This document shows positions 1 through 13,832 of a stretch of DNA of 64,000 nt, piece by piece (the first letter of the stretch is position 1; the number at the start of each line of letters is the position of its first letter). Position numbers and translations under genes: made by a program. The notes below the pieces were generated by a model. It searched no databases and was not told where the DNA came from. It saw only the letters and a list, made by a program, of their open reading frames with translations. Origin of the DNA: Octopus sinensis (Eukaryota); assembly GCF_006345805.1 (NCBI RefSeq), contig NC_042997.1, forward strand, positions 155,992,001 to 156,056,000, given 5' to 3'.

Positions 1-3000
1 TCTGAAAAAAGTCATGGACACTGCCTTCCTTTCTAACTAAAAGATTAAAAAAAAAGAAAACGAAAACTGACATTTGATATTTTAAAATAATTAAAAAAAA
101 TTTTATCTATCAACAACATTGAATAGTATATTTAGAACAATATCTACAACATACACAATTTGTTATATGATCACACACACACATGCATGCCAAAACAAAT
201 ACACATGGAAAAGTGCACATGAACTGCTGCTATGAGACAAACACAGCAGGTGTAAACAAACAGTTGTGGATCTCTCTCTCTCTAGAAAGTTGCTTTAAAA
301 CAGGTTTCTTAACAACATATTTCAAAGCTACATAGCATCCACTGACCATCTACATTGATTTTTGAAAATTGTAATCATGTCTTGTCAAAACTACATGTTA
401 AAAAGATACACTTATTTAATGGAAATTTACAGATCAGAAAACTAAGCTTTTAAATTAAAGAATAATGTTGATCCTAACAGTAACTGCCTAAATTCTTTAA
501 GATAATGAGGCAGTAGTTTTAAGACAAAAAAAAAAATTATGTTTTAATGAAGGAAAAGGTATGCAAATTAAAAGTCTATTTTCTCAGAAGGCCATTATCA
601 AAACAAAGTAAATATTAGGTAATAACGAAATTAAAATACTCATAATTAATTATAATTGAACTTACTGGGTACAAAAGAGAGGGTTCTAATGTTTGGTCAT
701 ATTATTTCAATGGGAATCATGAATATTCCGTTGCAAGCTATAAAGTTTAGTGAAGAATGAAAGACTGTGCTGCTACTTTATTTCTGATAATCAAAAATGT
801 ATAAGAAAGCAAGATCAATAACTGAAGAAAATACAGGTTCTGCTGGAGATCTAACTTTGGATCAACCTTACTGATTAAAACATGACATAGATTTGTTATG
901 AAATTCAGTATTCTCTTACAATAAAGCCAACATTCAGAATATTTGAGAAGAAAAATACAAAGGTTTGTCTGAGTGATAACTGTTGCACCTGACATAAGTG
1001 AGAGTTGGCAGTTGAAAAGATCAAAAGCTAGTGATAAAACATACTAGTTGTACTAAAAGAGCTTCCCTATAGCAACTAGAATAATGTAATTCTGTAATGT
1101 TGTTTCAGCATACAGCAGACAGGGGAGAAAATAAAGAAGACAAACAAACACGTGAGAGAGAGAGAGAAGAGGAGGTTCTTTTTCTTTCTCTTCTATCACA
1201 TAAACACACTTTATTATAAGAGACTGCAGACAGGAAATCATGTGAAAAAGTGTTACAGGAGTAGAAAGCAAGCCTGACAAGGCTCATAAAAGTCTGCCTG
1301 ACATCTCTAAAGTGCATAAAAGAAGGAATGGGATGCTCACTTAAAAAATGAGCTAGACCCACTGCTGCTACGAGCCAACTATAGCAGGTATGAATAAACA
1401 GCCTTGGATAGTATACACACACGCTTATTAACAGGTTTCATAACAACTATTTTCAAAGCTACATAACATCCACTGAGTATAAAATTATGATTGCCTCTCA
1501 TCAAAACTACCTTACAAATAAAAAGAAACCTGCTCAATGATTTATTAAAGTTATATGGTGGGAATAATTGCGAAGTATTCAGGAAAATATAACTAATTCT
1601 AATATTAGCACAAGACCACAAAATCTGTGGGTTGAGAAGTATATACATTTGCTTAAATCAATCCTATTATTTGACAGGTACTTGTTTTATCAGCCCGCCC
1701 TCAAACAGAGGAATGAAAGGCAAATTTGACTCTGGACAGAGAGATGAAAGTCAACCCTACCAGGATTTGAACTAAGAAATGTAAAGGAACATGACTAAAT
1801 ACCACAAGGCATTTTATCTGCTACTCTACTATATCTGCTATATCCTACACAGTACTGGTATTTGTTTATCAAACTGAACCAACAACACAGAAGGCTTCAG
1901 TTCCTATGAAAGTAATTCTAATTCATAATCAATGTTGCTTGGATAGTGATGGTGTTACTTAGCATAAAGTCAACCCTGACTGAACTGGCCTATGAGAAAA
2001 GTATACTAGTCAAGATCATCTTATCTTATATTTACATCACTTAATATGCCCTTCCTCTCTCTTTTTCTTTTAAAACACAGTAGTTTGTGATTTTAGAGAT
2101 TCAGCTGGAATTTCTAGCAGATCAAATGCTGTTTCATTAGCTTGTAGAGCTGCTATTTGAATACTCTGCTACTTCCAACATCAATGAAGGCAGGCAGTAA
2201 AGTACTGATACATACACAACTAACATTTTCTCTTTTTTTATTCACTTAATACTTTAACAAATCATAATGAAAGTGCTTTTGATTCAGTAATTTCATTTTA
2301 TTCAGAGATTTAGTCATAATGTTTGAAGTCTATAATACTAAAATTATAGAAGTCACTTGAGTACTGAATTCATAATTTAAGAAAAAAAAAAAAAAAAGAG
2401 AAGCCAAACTAATATAACATATGGACTTAATATAAATGTCAAAAGAAATATTTGCATTAATCTTAGTTTCATAATTTCGCACTTTAATTATTAAAAAATA
2501 ATAATATGGAAAATAAAATAAATCCCAAAACAATGTTTAATCATAATGGAACTTGGAAAAAGAAAAGTTTTAAGTGTCTTAATATGTATATAATTTTCAG
2601 ATAATTAGTTTTGAGAGACAGTTTTTGGGAAGGCAGAAGGTTTAGTAAGATAGAGAAGACAAGAAATGAACACAACACCACCCTCATAAATGCTACAGTT
2701 ATCAAAAGAAAAAAAAAAAAAAAAGAGTGTGTGTGTATGTGTACATATATAGATCTTGAGTTAATTACTGAAACTACATTTTTGAAATAGGCACATCTAG
2801 AATAGCAGAAAAAAATGGTGAATGCCATTTTAATAATATCTACAGACCCAACTATTTTGATTAAGTAGTTTTAAGTAGAAGAGACTGAATTTATATTGAT
2901 GTTAACTCTAGAAGAAAGATAGCGGAAATTGATTTTTTTATATACATATTATAATGTTGTTGGTGTTTTTATTTCAGATAATGAAAAAGAGAGGAATCAC

Positions 3001-4614
3001 TAAATTTAGTTTTCCAATCAGATTTTATCATTTGTCCCAGTTTATTTTTAAACTACAACTAGAGATATACTAGGATAATAATAAAACAATGAAAAGAAAC
3101 GGAACTTTATAATGTTATCTAGATTAAATAATAAATTACAAAAGAAATGTGCAATGAAGTAAATGTAGTAATATATGTCAGCTAAGAAAATAAGTAAGAA
3201 CCAATGTTTTATTTTCTCAAAAAAAAAAAATTAACATACAGTTTGTCATGAAATCTGACTTAATAAATATGATTAATAAAAGTCAAGACTTTATTGCTAA
3301 AAACTAACATGACTGAAATAGAATCTAATCCAAGGCAAAACTAGAAACATTTTTAGGAGTATGACTAGCAGTGTGGTGAGAAGCAGATGAGAATGTATGT
3401 ACAATATCATACATGTGCATTGTTTAATACTTTACAACAAAATATTTCAAACTGCAGGATTCCCAGAGTAGGCATCTTCTATTCTAGTCTTATGTTGACC
3501 AATGCCTGGTGAGAGAAATTTGGTAGATGGAAACTGTAGAGCTTTTGTGTATGTGTGAGTGTGAATGTCTTTATGTTGAATGTGTATCTTTGTTATGCAA
3601 TGAATAGAGACTACCAAAGTACTGGGGTCAATATGATTAATTAAAAAACCCTTAAAGGAGGTGCCCCAGCAAAATCACAGTCTAATGACTGAAACTAATG
3701 AAAAACTATACAAACTTCTAACAAGAAATTTACTGTTTCAAACAGTATTTTAAAAAGCAAACAGCCGAGTTAACTTCATGAAATAATAGAATGAACAGAG
3801 ATATTTACTTACAGAAACATAAGGAATAACAAATAGGAGCTGATGAGATTCTTAAAATTACAAGGCATGAAAGTGAAAAGTTGTTGTGCTCAAAAACTCA
3901 ACAGGATCCAATTCTGATAGGATCAACTTTCTATCTCATTAGAATATTTAAACTGAATGATTGATGCCTCTTTTCAACTCAACATAAATTACATCCATCT
4001 TAACTGTTCATTCTGGTTTCGTCTTTTTATTTTCTCTCTTGAAAATTTCATCAAAACCAACTCACACTACATTTTGTTATTTAACATTAATCTTTCACAA
4101 CCATAAAGTTATTATAAAGCTGGAGTTGCTGAAAATTTAAATAAATGATCAAAGATTTACTAGAATAGTGTAGGATTTGTCAAAGAGGACCAATTTTTTT
4201 TATGTCAAAGCAAAAGAGTTAACTGGTGTGACTCAAAATCATAATGAAAGTTCCGTAGTTCCCAATTCAAAATTTGGTTATTCACTAAGATATTTCACTT
4301 GCTAAATATTACTAAATAGTGACAAAGTATTACCCTTAAACAATTCATAGCCAGAATTAGCTACATACAAAAGCACTTTTACACCTCGATTTCCATGGGT
4401 ATAGAAGCCAGAAAATGAAGACTTCTATCAACAAGAAAACAATATTTTAATCACACAAAGTACTGACTAAACTGCTTCAATAAGAAACTATCTGTTTGAC
4501 CAACAGGACCTCCATTACTAAAAATATTGAATCTCTAAGTTCAATAAGGCTTCATCGTATCTAACTTAACCACTGCTATGACAGAGGACCTACTTTAGAA
4601 ATTGGTGCCTTTAA

Positions 4615-4812
4615 CCTTTCATTACCATATTTCTGTTGAAAGAGACTGCCTTTGTTCCAATTAATTTTGAAAATAAGGAAGAATTTAGTAAAATGAATTA
4701 GTCATTGTTAAGCCGGTGTCTGAAACATAAACTAAAACAAAATTTTGACGGAAAGTTAAATATAAATCATTTTGAAATAGAAGTAGTCTCAGGTGGGTCA
4801 GTATCAAAAGAG
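4615..4812. mobile_element. Older piggyBac-type MITE
   Basis: TTAA|CCTTTCATTACC ... GTATCAAAAGAG|TTAA. Confidence 0.7.
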
Positions 4813-5922
4813 TTAATCTCATGAACAACTCCTACCTACACCAGGTTTCACTAAACTCTGCACCAAGGGCATGCCAGATGCAATCCCAAATTCAATAATA
4901 CATATACAGGAAAAGATATCTTTAGTTCATTAAAAGTATGTAATATAGGTCCAATTTCCCATATAAGACCTGGAGTGAATTTCTAAGACATTTTTTGGGG
5001 AAAACTACGCATCTTATATGCCATCAAATAGTAGTTCTCTTCAAAGAGCTTGTCTGCAGAACTCCACCATTTCTGTTTGATTTTCTAGACAATGTTCATA
5101 CTCTCCACACCCCACATGAACGCAACTCTTTAACCCTTGAGGATTTAAACTGGCCATATCCAGCCAAACTATCCCACCTGTTTCCTGTTCAAACTGGCCA
5201 GATCTGGTCTCTCATACCAACCCTACAATATCATTCTAAAAATTAACAGTTACCTCATCAAATTCTCAAAGCTACAAAATAATATATGATTAATTCAAAA
5301 CAATGTTTGAGAGAATAATGTGGATGCTGAAGGACAAAACCAAGAGCACTATAACTAAGCTATGGACAAGGGTGTCTTTCCTTTCAAGTACAATACTCAA
5401 AATGTAAAATGACTTCTACAATGTGTAGTAAGAGTACAGAGTAATACATCACATTACATTATAACAATATTTCCATGTTTATATTCTATATAAACAACTG
5501 GTACTGTTCTGATATTAAGCCAATTGGGAGTTTCCAAGCCACAAATAACAATTTCTCACAACCCTTCTTGTTAAGTGCCTTTATTTAACTACAAACCAAC
5601 GGCATCTAATATACGTTTAATTCTTAACTATTTCATCAGGCTATTCTCGAGAAGGCACTATTAATTAGCTGTAACTTCAACTTTCAGCTTTAAATAGGTA
5701 ATACAAACAGATTTACATTGAAAATTCAAAGAAAAATATATTTCAATTAATGTATTGCAAGTCCTTAGCTTTTCACTTCAAATTTCACAATATCATGCCT
5801 TTATATTATCCAAAATATAACTAAACTTCCATATAAAGAAAATATTTTAACTTTCTAATAATGCTGCAGATAATGCCTGAATCTAGTTAATTGAATAAAA
5901 TAACATTTGCCTGAACCATCTG

Positions 5923-5953
<31 letters not shown>

Positions 5954-6178
5954 GAAATATTTGTTTGGCAATTCCTGACATGCAGAGCTAAAATTATGAA
6001 AAAATAAAAACCTTATTTAACTTAAACATTATATCAAATATAAATTTTAAAATATCACATTATTGCAATATATAAATATATATATATATATATATATGTG
6101 TGTATGTATGTATATACACACTCAATGAACTATATATAGTCTTTTATTCTTATTTCTTTCAGTCATTTGACTGCGGCC

Positions 6179-6256
<78 letters not shown>

Positions 6257-6257
<1 letters not shown>

Positions 6258-6635
6258 TGATGGCTGTCCACTCATGACTGAGGAAGACCATGGCTGACCT
6301 TCAGGAACATTGGGTACTCTAGGACTAACTTATGTTTTACATTTGGAGCTCCATTGGTGGCTAATGAGCCCTTCTCTTGACAAGCACACATGAATACAAA
6401 CATTGCAACCCAAGCTTTCCCCATACACTATGCAAGCAGTGCGCTTTTGAGCAGCATGCTTACATTCTTCATACAGATTGCGTGCTCTTTCAACCTCCTT
6501 AACCTGCCTCCTCCATCTGTGGTGATGACAGGCATTGCTCTCTCAGTTGATCTCCTGCATATCATAAGCCTTTAATGAGGACTTCACACAGACCTAAAAT
6601 CGCAGTCTTGATTTCTGCCAGGGTTTTTCACTATG
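6257..6635 (-). mobile_element. 3' fragment of a second RTE-clade LINE family
   Basis: WRRQVKEVERARNLYEECK...CNVCIHVCLSREGLISHQ C-terminal zinc motif; 3' end GTCTTCCTC...GGACAGCCATCAT. Confidence 0.7.
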
Positions 6636-6708
6636 TATATGTATACATATGTACATACATATACATATATATAAATCTCTCTCTCTCTCTATATATATAT
6701 ACATATGC

Positions 6709-6739
<31 letters not shown>

Positions 6740-7883
6740 CATGCCTCTTTGCCTTGACATTGGTTGATAGTTGTAAACAAATGTAACCATCATTTAAGCA
6801 ATGTCCTTTGTTTGCAATCCTCCATGAAAAGATGTTTGCTTATATAGAAATTTAATCTTACTTGAAAACATGAGAGAGTAGGCAACAGGAAGAGCAACTG
6901 GCCATAGAAAATTTGCCTCAACAAATCAAAGATAGAAGGGAATTGAAAAAGAAGCGGTGTGGCTATACATGTAATTAATGTAGAATTATAAGTTGGCATT
7001 CTTCATTGAGCAAAATTAGAGAAGCAATGAAATATTAATTTTCAGAAAATATGCTTGGCAAGCATTTAAATGTTACTTGAAAATGTTTCGATGTGTAAAT
7101 GTCCCAGATTCCAATTAAAAGCAAGACTAGATATCACAGACAAGTAAAAAAAAAAACATTTTGTACATGACCACCTTTATTATTTTCTAGAAAACTGACA
7201 AGTAGAATGCAGAGCAAGGAAAAGCAAAGCAATGTTTTCACAGGGTTACCATTATTATGCAAATGGAGGAGAGATACCAAGACTGGAATGATAGTATAAT
7301 GGTTGATTATGTTCTGTGTTTGAAATGAGATGAGCCTCATATAAAACATGTGCCAAGATCAAACAACAAATATCTATAAAGAATATTTTTTATATATATA
7401 TTTTTAATATTAAATCTCATATATATACATACTTTTGTAGTTAACATTTATTTGAAAAAAATCTCATATCATGAAAAAAGAAGTACAGATACATTCAGAA
7501 AGATCATATCATACAAATATAATTATATATGTATATAATTTTATATGTATATATATACATACACGTAGACATACGTATATATCAAGTTTCAAAATACAGA
7601 CCAATATTATTAAACAGATTCTAAAAATTTTCTCTTTCACAGTTGTCATTTTATATATTTTTCTTGCATGGCCATTCACATTTAATCTGGTTGAAATCTC
7701 TCACAATTCCAAAATCTCATGAGAATGTTTGGATATAAAAAATGTATATATATATATACACACACACACATATACATACATATATACATACATACATATA
7801 CATACATGTATACAAACATACATACAAACATATATATATATATATACATACAAACATATATACATATATATACATATGCCCAT

Positions 7884-7975
7884 GGGCATATGGTGTAGTG
7901 GTTACGATGCGGTCTACTAACCCCAAGATTCTGAGTTTGATTCCAGGCAGTGACCTGAATAATAATAATAATAAC
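7884..7975 (+). mobile_element. tRNA-like SINE head followed by (AAT)n
   Basis: GGGCATATGGTGTAGTGGTTACG...GAGTTTGATTCC A/B-box-like; no complete cloverleaf. Confidence 0.6.
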
Positions 7976-9967
7976 AGACCATATTTTTTTTGTTTCTTTG
8001 ATCCAGTGGTTCCTCAAAAGACGATTGCCCACCCCTGTGAACAACCAGGCAGAAAAGGATAGGGGAGACAAGGAAGCAGCAACTAGAACCCCTTCTGTGC
8101 CAGTGGTCCTACAAATGAATGGAGCCCTCACCTCATTGGACAACCAGAGGAAAAGAGTTCCCACCACAAGAAAAGGAAGGACGGAACACAAACAAAGAAG
8201 GAAAGAAAGAAAAAGGAAAAGGCAAAATGAAACAACCAAAACTGAAACTCCAACTGACCAAACAAAAAACCCCATGGAGGATCCAATGCCATCAAAAACC
8301 CTACAGGAAAGAAGAAATTTGGAAGGCACTCAAGAACCTGCAAGGCAAATGTTGGCATGGGGAAGATGGCAAAAACTGCCGGTTTTCCCACCTGACACCC
8401 CACCAAAACTACTGGGGCCTTAAGGAGAAAAACTTCCCCGAGGAAAGACAACAAATGTCTCCAAGGAAAAAAATTTACAAAAGAAGTGCGCTCTTCAGAT
8501 GTTATGCGTAATGCAGCAGCTGACCCGACAACACCAAGCACAAACAAGGAACCTTGCCCACCACTGCGCAAGACCACCACAGTCAACAGACATGGGATGG
8601 CCTCCCCTAATACCTGCACAATCGTCACCCCAATACTTTTACTTAATATTGGGGGCCTGATGCATCATAATAAAAGCAAAATTTCTTTCCTGAGAGATCT
8701 TGCTGCATGCAATCAAGCCCTATGCATAGCACTTGTGGAAACTCACCCTGATATAGAGGGTGCAGAAGTACACGTACCAAAATATGCCATACTGTGAACA
8801 GACAGAAGGAAAAGGAACCATGGTAGAGCTGCTGTATATATCCGTAATGACCTCACACCCTAAGTATTACTGTCATACTCAAATTCAGTATGTGATACTC
8901 TAATTGTATACATAAGACAACATAATATAGTCATATGCAATACATATTGCCCACTGGATGCTCCAAACCACATAGGCAAGTCTGAAGACTGCCTCACAAG
9001 AATTAAAGAAATCCTCATGAAACTGGAACACCATGTGATCATATTTCTTATGGGTGATTTCAACTTCCCCAACATCAAATGGCCCAAAGGTCTCATACTC
9101 TCAGGAACGACTCATTGCAAACAAGCACAGGTGGAGTTCCTGCTCAACCTCACCAATGCCCTATTGATAGAGCAAGCTGTACTTAGACCATCTAGGGTGA
9201 ATAACATTCTGGATCTCTGCTTCATGAACAATATGGACATCATTCATGATGTGAAAGTGACGCTGACATTAGTCTCGGATCACAACATAATAGAGCTGTC
9301 TATGTTTGGGCCGAAAGTAACCAGAGATATACAGCCTAAAGGAAGCACCAGAAATCTCTCCAATCTGAACTTCCACAAAGCAAACTGGAAATCGATCCAA
9401 AAAGAGATCCTCAGAGAGGACTAGCTGAAATATCTCCCCACAACAGACATTGACATGAAACTAGAATGCTTCATGTCTGTTGTGCAAGCCATGTGCCAGA
9501 AATATGTCCCAGAACACAAGGCCAAAACAAATAGGAGCAAGATTCCAAGGGAGAGGAATGTCCTCGTGAGATGACGGATGAAGGTTGCAAATTGACCCAA
9601 CCAACATTCCAAAAGTAGTGAAAGGTCCCACCTAAAAACACTGATGGAGATTGAAAAAAGGCTGCAACAATCCTATGTGAGGGAGAAAGTAGACAAAGAA
9701 GCCTGGGTTATAAAAAACATTAAAGCAAACCCAAAGGCCTTCTTTCATTTCGCGAAAGAAACAGCCTCAGTATGCTGCAAGATAGGACCCCTCTTCCAAA
9801 AGGATAGTTTCTTCACAGATAGTCCAACTAGGATCAACGAGGTACTGAATGATCAGTTCAAAAGTGTCTTTACCACCCCGTTGGAACACAGACAAGTGAA
9901 CGAACCAGTAGACTTCTTTGCCGCCTCACCTTTAACCAGCAAGGCAGTTACAATGGAATACATCGAC

Positions 9968-9970
<3 letters not shown>
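7976..9970 (+). mobile_element. CR1/L2-group LINE, 5' part (ORF1-like region plus APE endonuclease), degraded, RT absent
   Basis: Broken frames give ILLLNIGGL...IALVETH, FLMGDFNFPNIKW, RVNNILDLCF and SDHNII (APE motifs), followed by linker; ends at (TA)n. Confidence 0.85.
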
Positions 9971-10007
<37 letters not shown>

Positions 10008-10338
10008 TCTTCAGATCAGAGGCATAGATAGAATGCTTACAACAAATTACACTCTACTTAAAAGGCAGCCAAGGATCAGGCGGCGATCCTAAATTGGACT
10101 ACAGATTAAGTCTACCAATTTATATTAATAATAATCATTACATCATCATCATTTAATGTCCACTTTCCATGCTAGCATGTGTGGGACAGTTTCACAAGAG
10201 TTGGCCAGGTAGAAGCCTGTACCAGACTTTGGCAGGATTTTTACAGCTGGATGCCCTTTCTAACAACAACCACTGTAGTGGTTGGTGTTAGGAACTAAAT
10301 TTACAATTAAATGTAAATGTTTGAACACAAGAGAACAA

Positions 10339-10375
<37 letters not shown>

Positions 10376-11261
10376 TGGACCTATATTTATCTACTCATTA
10401 ACATGTTTAGAGATGACCTACAAACCTAATAAACACCAAAATTATTTGGGCTAAATGAAAACTATGGCTTTGAAAGTCTTTGCCCAGAAACTTCTAAGTA
10501 AATTCAAAATGACTTATCTACATTGAATGCAGGCTAGACTTTTGAATTACAAAAGTGGAAAATACATTTACAAAATACTAAACTTTTTCTTTTCTAATTC
10601 TCTGATCAAAAATCAATATTTTAATTCTACATTACTCAGGAAATAGATTTTCTAAAACGAGAAATAAAATTAGAAAAAAATATATTTTCATTTCCCTTAA
10701 ACTCAGTTTTGTTCACAAATTAGAACAGGCTAAAGAAATAAATTTTTTTTTACAACGATGGTGTATTAAATGTAGTTTTCTCAAAAGACAAAAAAATTAA
10801 TGATACAGGAGTAAATGAGAAATGGAGTTATTTTTCTAGAAAAAAATTTATAAATACACACACACACAAATTCACACATACAGTGGGCACTGTGGGATAT
10901 GTTCATCAGCTTTTGTTTAGAAATCACTACAATTTTAATACATTTTGAGAGAAACATTTCCTAGTGGCTCCAAACAAACTGTTGTAAAGAGAGAATATTC
11001 AATTTCTTGTAGCACATTATAGTAGGTTTTATTTTTAATACATTTGTTTGAAGCTGAAGATTCACTCTACCACTATTTCAATTTTCCTCACTTTTGAGCA
11101 TTTGCTTAGGCACAAAAGTGAGAACCTTGGAGTAGTGATAGAATGAATTATTGAATTATCAGCTTCAAACAAATAAATTTCATATATTGAGTCCTTTTTC
11201 TCCTGTGTAACCATCCAGAAATATATGTATATATTATGTATGTGTGTGTCAACATATCTCT

Positions 11262-11484
11262 CTCTTTCTTTTCTCTTTTTACTTGTTCCAGTCATTTGAC
11301 TGCGGCCATGCTGGAGCACCGCCTTTAATCGAGCAACTCGACCCCGGGACTTATTCTTTGTAAGCCTAGTACTTATTCTATTGGTCTCTTTTGCCGAACC
11401 GCTAAGTGACGGGGACATAAACACACCAGCATCGGTTGTCAAGCGATGTTGGATGGGACAAACACAGACACACAAACATACACG

Positions 11485-11526
<42 letters not shown>

Positions 11527-11703
11527 ATATACATACATACGACTGGGTTCTTTCAGTTTCCGTCTACCAAATCCACTCACAAGGCTTTGGTCGGCCCGAG
11601 GCTATAGTAGAAGACACTTGCCCAAGGTGCCACGCAGTGGGACTGAACCCGGAACCATGTGGTTGGTAAACAAGCTACTTACCACACAGCCACTCCTGCA
11701 CCT
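11262..11703 (-). mobile_element. tRNA-derived SINE family A, full length, young
   Basis: Head ...GTGGCTGTGTGGTAAG...GGGTTCAGTCCC (A/B-box-like); CORE-like CCTTGGGCAAGT; internal (TA)n/(TG)n; tail CATGGCCGCAGTCAAATGACTG. Confidence 0.85.
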
Positions 11704-12419
11704 ATATACACATATATAATTACTATCATACAAATAGTGTCATTCGTTTATAATTCTGTATGAAAATCTGTCTGGCAATTGGATTGTCTATTTGAAAGAC
11801 TAGGGGAAATATTATCTTTCTCGGAAACACATGAGAGTTGGCAACAGGAAGAGCGTCCACCCATAAAACATTCTGCCTCAGCAAGTGTTGTCTGACCAGT
11901 ACAAGCATGGAATAGTGGATATTAAAATGATGATGATGATATATGTATATTTATATACCTAATAAGATTTGCATTTTAATGTCTAATGTTTTTGTTTTCT
12001 CTTTACATACATTTATTTAGCTACATTCATTTCAAATGACTGGCTAGTTAGACTAATCAGTACATATAAATATTTTACATAAATAGCAAGTCAGATGCTT
12101 ACAACTTGGATAAAATGAAATAAAGATGTTGCTTATTATTTCAGTAACAGAGCTCAAGAGCTGCAGTAATTTCATTTCTCTTCTAAATGATATGAAAATA
12201 TTCAGTCAGGAGTATGAGTTGATTAATAAGCTCTCGTTGAGTAAACTTTAATAGAAAAAAGATGATCAATGAAACCTATAGGAGAGACTGGGAAGACGTT
12301 AGTGTTACTTTTTTCATGCAGAGAACATTAAATCTAAATATGCTTACAAGAAATAATCACACAGTGAGATATATAATATATATATATATATATTATATAT
12401 ATATATATATATATATTTT

Positions 12420-13832
12420 ATCATCATCATCATTGTTAACGTCTTTTTCCATGCTGGCATGGGTTGGATGGTTTGACTGAGATCTGGAGAGCTGATGGCT
12501 GCACCAAGATCCAATCTGATCTGGCAGTGTTTCTACAGCTGGATGCCCTTCCTGATGCCAACCACACTAAGAGTGTAGTGGATGCTTTTTACGTGCCACT
12601 GGCACAAGAGCCAGTCAGGCAGGCCTGGCATTGATCACATTTGGATAGTGCTTTTTACAGGCCACTGGCAAGGGAGTCAGTCAGAGGGTACCGGCATCAG
12701 CCACGTTCAGATGGTGTGTTATGAGAGCCAGTCAGGGGGTACTGGTATCGGTCATGTTCAGATGGTGCTTTTTATGTGCTACCAGCAAGGGAGTCAGTCA
12801 GGCAGACCTGCTATTGACCACAGTCAGATGGTGCATTTTTTGTGCCACCAGCATGGGAGCCAGTCAAGGGGCACTAGTCACAGCTATGATATTGGTTTTA
12901 CTTGACTCAACAGGTCTTCTCAAGCATATAATATCACCCCATGCATCAGGGGTACTCTTAACTGGGCCAGACATTCATGGTTGCGATCTCACTTTAGTTG
13001 CCATGTCTTCTCAATCACAGCATATCTCCAAAGGTCTCAGTCGCCTGTCATTGCCTCTGTGAGGCCCAATGTTCAAAGGTCATGCTTCACCACCTCATCC
13101 CATGTCTCTCTGGGTCTACCTCTTCCACAGGTTCCTTCCACAGTTAGGAAGTGGCACTTCCTCTCGCAGCTGTCCTTGTCCATATGTAACATATGGCCAT
13201 ACCAGCACAGTCATCTCTCTCGCACATTACATTTGATGCTTCTTATGCCCAACTTTTCTCTCAGGACACTTACACTTTGTTGTGTATGCACACTGACATT
13301 ACACATCTAGCGGAGAACACTAGCTTCATTTCTTTCAAGCCTACACATGGCTTCAGCAGTCATGACCCATGTTTCACTGTTGTGTAGCATGACAGTTTGC
13401 ATACAAGCATCATACAGTCTACCTTTCATCCTGAGCGAGAGGCCCTTAGTTGCCAGAAGAAGTAGGAGCTCCCTGAATTTTGCCCAGGTTATTCTTATTC
13501 TAGCCGCTACAACCACCCCCACTACAGACTTGATTGCCTAGGTAGCAGAAGCTATTAATTTCTTGTAGTTTTTCCCCCTGGCATGTGATGGAATCTGTTT
13601 TCTGTACATCTTCAGTGTTTATTGTCCCAGTGCATCTGCCACACACAAAAACTATTTTCCCAGTTAACTTTTCTTTGATATTGCTGCACTTTTTATGTGT
13701 CTATAGATTACACTGTATGGAGTTTCTACCCATGCCATTTCTACAGATCGAGCAGGGCCATCTACCTGAATGGGATTGGATTGTGGTTTGACAGCTTTCC
13801 TACTTACTAAGACTTTGGTCTTTGCTAGGTTG
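12420..13832 (-). mobile_element. 5'-truncated RTE-clade LINE (RT C-terminus, 3' UTR, (ATG)n tail)
   Basis: AARIRITWAKFRELL...KGRLYDAC...SETW...RLERNEASVLR; repeat-containing 3' UTR; TGA/ATG tail at 12420-12432. Confidence 0.9.

Noticed and set aside
3841-3875. Other CTGATGA occurrences (3840, ~22342, ~31035, ~48338, ~52336)
   Set aside because: No stem II plus GAAA plus NUH geometry, so not hammerheads.
7884-7960. tRNA-like sequence (and other SINE heads)
   Set aside because: A/B boxes only, no cloverleaf, continues into repeat sequence; not a tRNA gene.
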